Below, piece after piece: positions 61,829 to 64,000 of a DNA stretch of 64,000 bases. How positions within the stretch are numbered: the first letter of the stretch is position 1; every line of letters begins with the position of its first letter. This DNA comes from Barthelona sp. PCE (lineage: Eukaryota). The position numbers and the translations under genes are program-made. The stretch lies in the NCBI GenBank assembly GCA_040285745.1, contig JAUFOR010000003.1:868001-932000 (forward strand). Direction: 5' to 3'. Under the pieces are notes generated by a model. The model was not told the origin of the DNA, made no database searches, and saw nothing but the letters and a program-made list of their open reading frames with translations.

Positions 61829-61873
61829 ATCTGAAAAATTTGTGTAACTTTTTTCGTCTTTTCTCTATCGTGC

Positions 61874-64000
61874 ATGTCAAAGAAAACACTTACTTCAAAC
61901 GTGCACGTAAGAGCGCAGATTGATTTCTTAAACAAAACAGTCAGCGGCGTGTTTCGATATCAGTTTGGTAGCGATATCGATCCACTAAACTTCAGTACGG
62001 TCAATTTAGCACTCCCAAGATCACAGGACGGGGCAGATGCAGCTATGTGCATTGGTCTATTGTGCAATTCTCATTGTATCGAAAAGATCGTCTTAGAAAA
62101 AGAATCTTTGAGTGAGAAGGAGGTTGCATTTTATGACTGGGACAACATGCCGAGTAGCTTCTTCGCTAAGAACGAATGGTCTGTCGGTAGTATGTTCAGA
62201 CAACCAGCACACAATTCCGCTGTCCGCGGCCAGCCTTATCTCACTTCTTTCGACTCAAATGGGGCACGTCAGTTTTCCTTGGATAATTTCACACTGTCCA
62301 AGGCACTATCTAGACAAAGCGCCGAAAAATCTCAGTGTAACTACTGTATTGTTTTATATGAGAACGTTCGAGCACCTTTTTCACTTCGTATTCACTTCAC
62401 GATGCCATTTACTTCCCCCTACGTTATGTGCTCAGACGATGTAGTCACCGTTGTGCCGCCTGAGGAATGGGCTCCAATCGTCTTTATCAGAACAAGAACT
62501 GAGGGTATAAACCCGTTCATGGGTCCGACAATTGCAGAGATAGAGGTTGTTAACAACGACAGCGCCATTGCGGTGTGCTCTGGTGTGCTGCAGGATGATG
62601 GCACACATCTTACGCTGGCAGGACCGCATTCACTACATTTTTCGGCAGGCAACTTTGGCTTCTTCGAATACGATGATTTCCGTTTTACATTCCCACACTA
62701 TCTACAAGAGAAGTTGGGAGAGCTTCTTGCGGTCACGATAGAGGCGCTCAACGGTTCCCTTGCTACTGCAAAACTCAACACGACCAACTTCAAGTTCATT
62801 GAGAAGCAACACATCTGTTTCCTTCCAGATCACTTCATCATGTCCATGAGCTATGGGTTCGCAAACATGATTGTGCTACGCGAATCGCACGTGTGTCGCA
62901 TTGATAACGAGGAGAAGCTTTGCCGCTATATTGTTCAAATAGCAAGTAGTCTTGCGAAGCAGCTGGTGTACACAACCAAGGGGTGGAAGCTGGTTAGCAG
63001 CCACATCCGACAGGGATTCATACAGTCGACAGTGTATCAAACTCTTGCCAGTCTCAAGTATGGAAGCTTCAAGGGTATTCGCTTTTTGCATGAGTGGCTA
63101 TTCGATGCTTATGAGCACTGTGCACTCAAGAAAATGGACGAATATCCTCAACTTCTGGATCCTATCAAAATATCACTGAGTCCTCTCGTCAAAAGGTCAT
63201 CTGATGAGATCATCTTTGGAGAAAACCACTTATTCGAGGCTTACCCCCTCATGAAATACCGGGCCCTTATATCATGGCGTGGCGGCGATGTTGGAATCCA
63301 GACGCCAGTAACTAACAGGTTGCTCACGTTTGAAGGCAGGTCCATCTACTACCAAAAGGATACCGCAATTAAATTCTTGCTTAAATATCGACCTTACATA
63401 CCTGTTACAAAGAATTTTAATGCACTTACGAATAACTTTAACTTCGACATTGCAATCATGGACAATGATGGAGTGTTCAAAATAGACAAGATTGGTTACC
63501 AGAGAGAGCATCTTGGTGGAGAGCTCAAGCTCGAGGCTAAGCGCTCAACGGGTCGCCAATCTAAGAATAATGAAGCTATCGGAAGATACACACGCTACGC
63601 ACAACATAACGAGCATGTTGAGCCCCGTGGAAGGAACTTGCAGTATAAGCTCTTTATTAATATGAACCATATGCGCTTTTATATCTTTGATCCCGAGTGC
63701 ACTTTCCCTGGTAAGATTCGCGTGTACAGAACGGCTGTTATGGCACTTGCCCTGTTGCACAAGATCTCCGACAAACACGTTCCGGGTCTGACATTCAGCC
63801 GAATCAGGCTGCTGACCGGCCTGCTGGAGGAAGACTACCGCATCAACAAATACCGCTCAGAATGGCTGGAAGCGATGCGCCTTACGGCAAGCGAAAACGA
63901 CCACTACTACAGCTCATTCCGATACTTGTGCTATGATGAGGCTCAGGTGAGTAAGCTAATCCCTTCAGCAAAGACTGCACGAGACAACAACAGTGTGGAG
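61874..64000 (+). CDS. TAF2: TFIID subunit TAF2-like (inactive M1 aminopeptidase fold), 3'-truncated by window edge; absent from ORF track
   Basis: ATG 61874, frame reads open towards the window end (no stop found by eye); IDFLNKTVSG, IAVCSGVL, LHFSAGNF, IASSLAKQL (no HEXXH), KGHL resemble TAF2. Confidence 0.6.
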   Translation, partial: MSKKTLTSNVHVRAQIDFLNKTVSGVFRYQFGSDIDPLNFSTVNLALPRSQDGADAAMCIGLLCNSHCIEKIVLEKESLSEKEVAFYDWDNMPSSFFAKNEWSVGSMFRQPAHNSAVRGQPYLTSFDSNGARQFSLDNFTLSKALSRQSAEKSQCNYCIVLYENVRAPFSLRIHFTMPFTSPYVMCSDDVVTVVPPEEWAPIVFIRTRTEGINPFMGPTIAEIEVVNNDSAIAVCSGVLQDDGTHLTLAGPHSLHFSAGNFGFFEYDDFRFTFPHYLQEKLGELLAVTIEALNGSLATAKLNTTNFKFIEKQHICFLPDHFIMSMSYGFANMIVLRESHVCRIDNEEKLCRYIVQIASSLAKQLVYTTKGWKLVSSHIRQGFIQSTVYQTLASLKYGSFKGIRFLHEWLFDAYEHCALKKMDEYPQLLDPIKISLSPLVKRSSDEIIFGENHLFEAYPLMKYRALISWRGGDVGIQTPVTNRLLTFEGRSIYYQKDTAIKFLLKYRPYIPVTKNFNALTNNFNFDIAIMDNDGVFKIDKIGYQREHLGGELKLEAKRSTGRQSKNNEAIGRYTRYAQHNEHVEPRGRNLQYKLFINMNHMRFYIFDPECTFPGKIRVYRTAVMALALLHKISDKHVPGLTFSRIRLLTGLLEEDYRINKYRSEWLEAMRLTASENDHYYSSFRYLCYDEAQVSKLIPSAKTARDNNSVE

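Noticed and set aside
62112-63778. Short ORFs listed at the window end
   Set aside because: Shadows of the TAF2-like frame from 61874 that runs off the window

Overview
Gene-dense eukaryotic nuclear DNA from a compact, intron-poor protist genome using the standard genetic code. The intron architecture resembles metamonads such as Giardia and Trichomonas (inference). About 40 protein genes are present, including an NhaD antiporter, beta-amylase, deoxynucleoside kinase, METTL13-like methyltransferase, UFL1, a gamma-tubulin complex protein, Aquarius, UBA2, a BCH-RhoGAP, RPS27, LeuRS, TAPT1, a VWA protein, MPP10, RPL21, RPS15A, Siva-like, CHMP1, PGAP1, two kinesin-type genes and TAF2, plus tRNA-Pro(AGG) and tRNA-Trp(CCA). 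The main signal is the splicing system. Six introns read by hand share a branch motif CTNAY exactly 6 nt before the intron end, and the short ones are 37-43 nt. The two long ones (108 and 320 nt) fold into stems leaving about 39 unpaired nt. One intron ends in TG rather than AG at the expected distance and restores the frame, suggesting distance-defined, AG-tolerant 3' splice-site choice. All calls come from reading the sequence by eye; no searches or folding programs were run.
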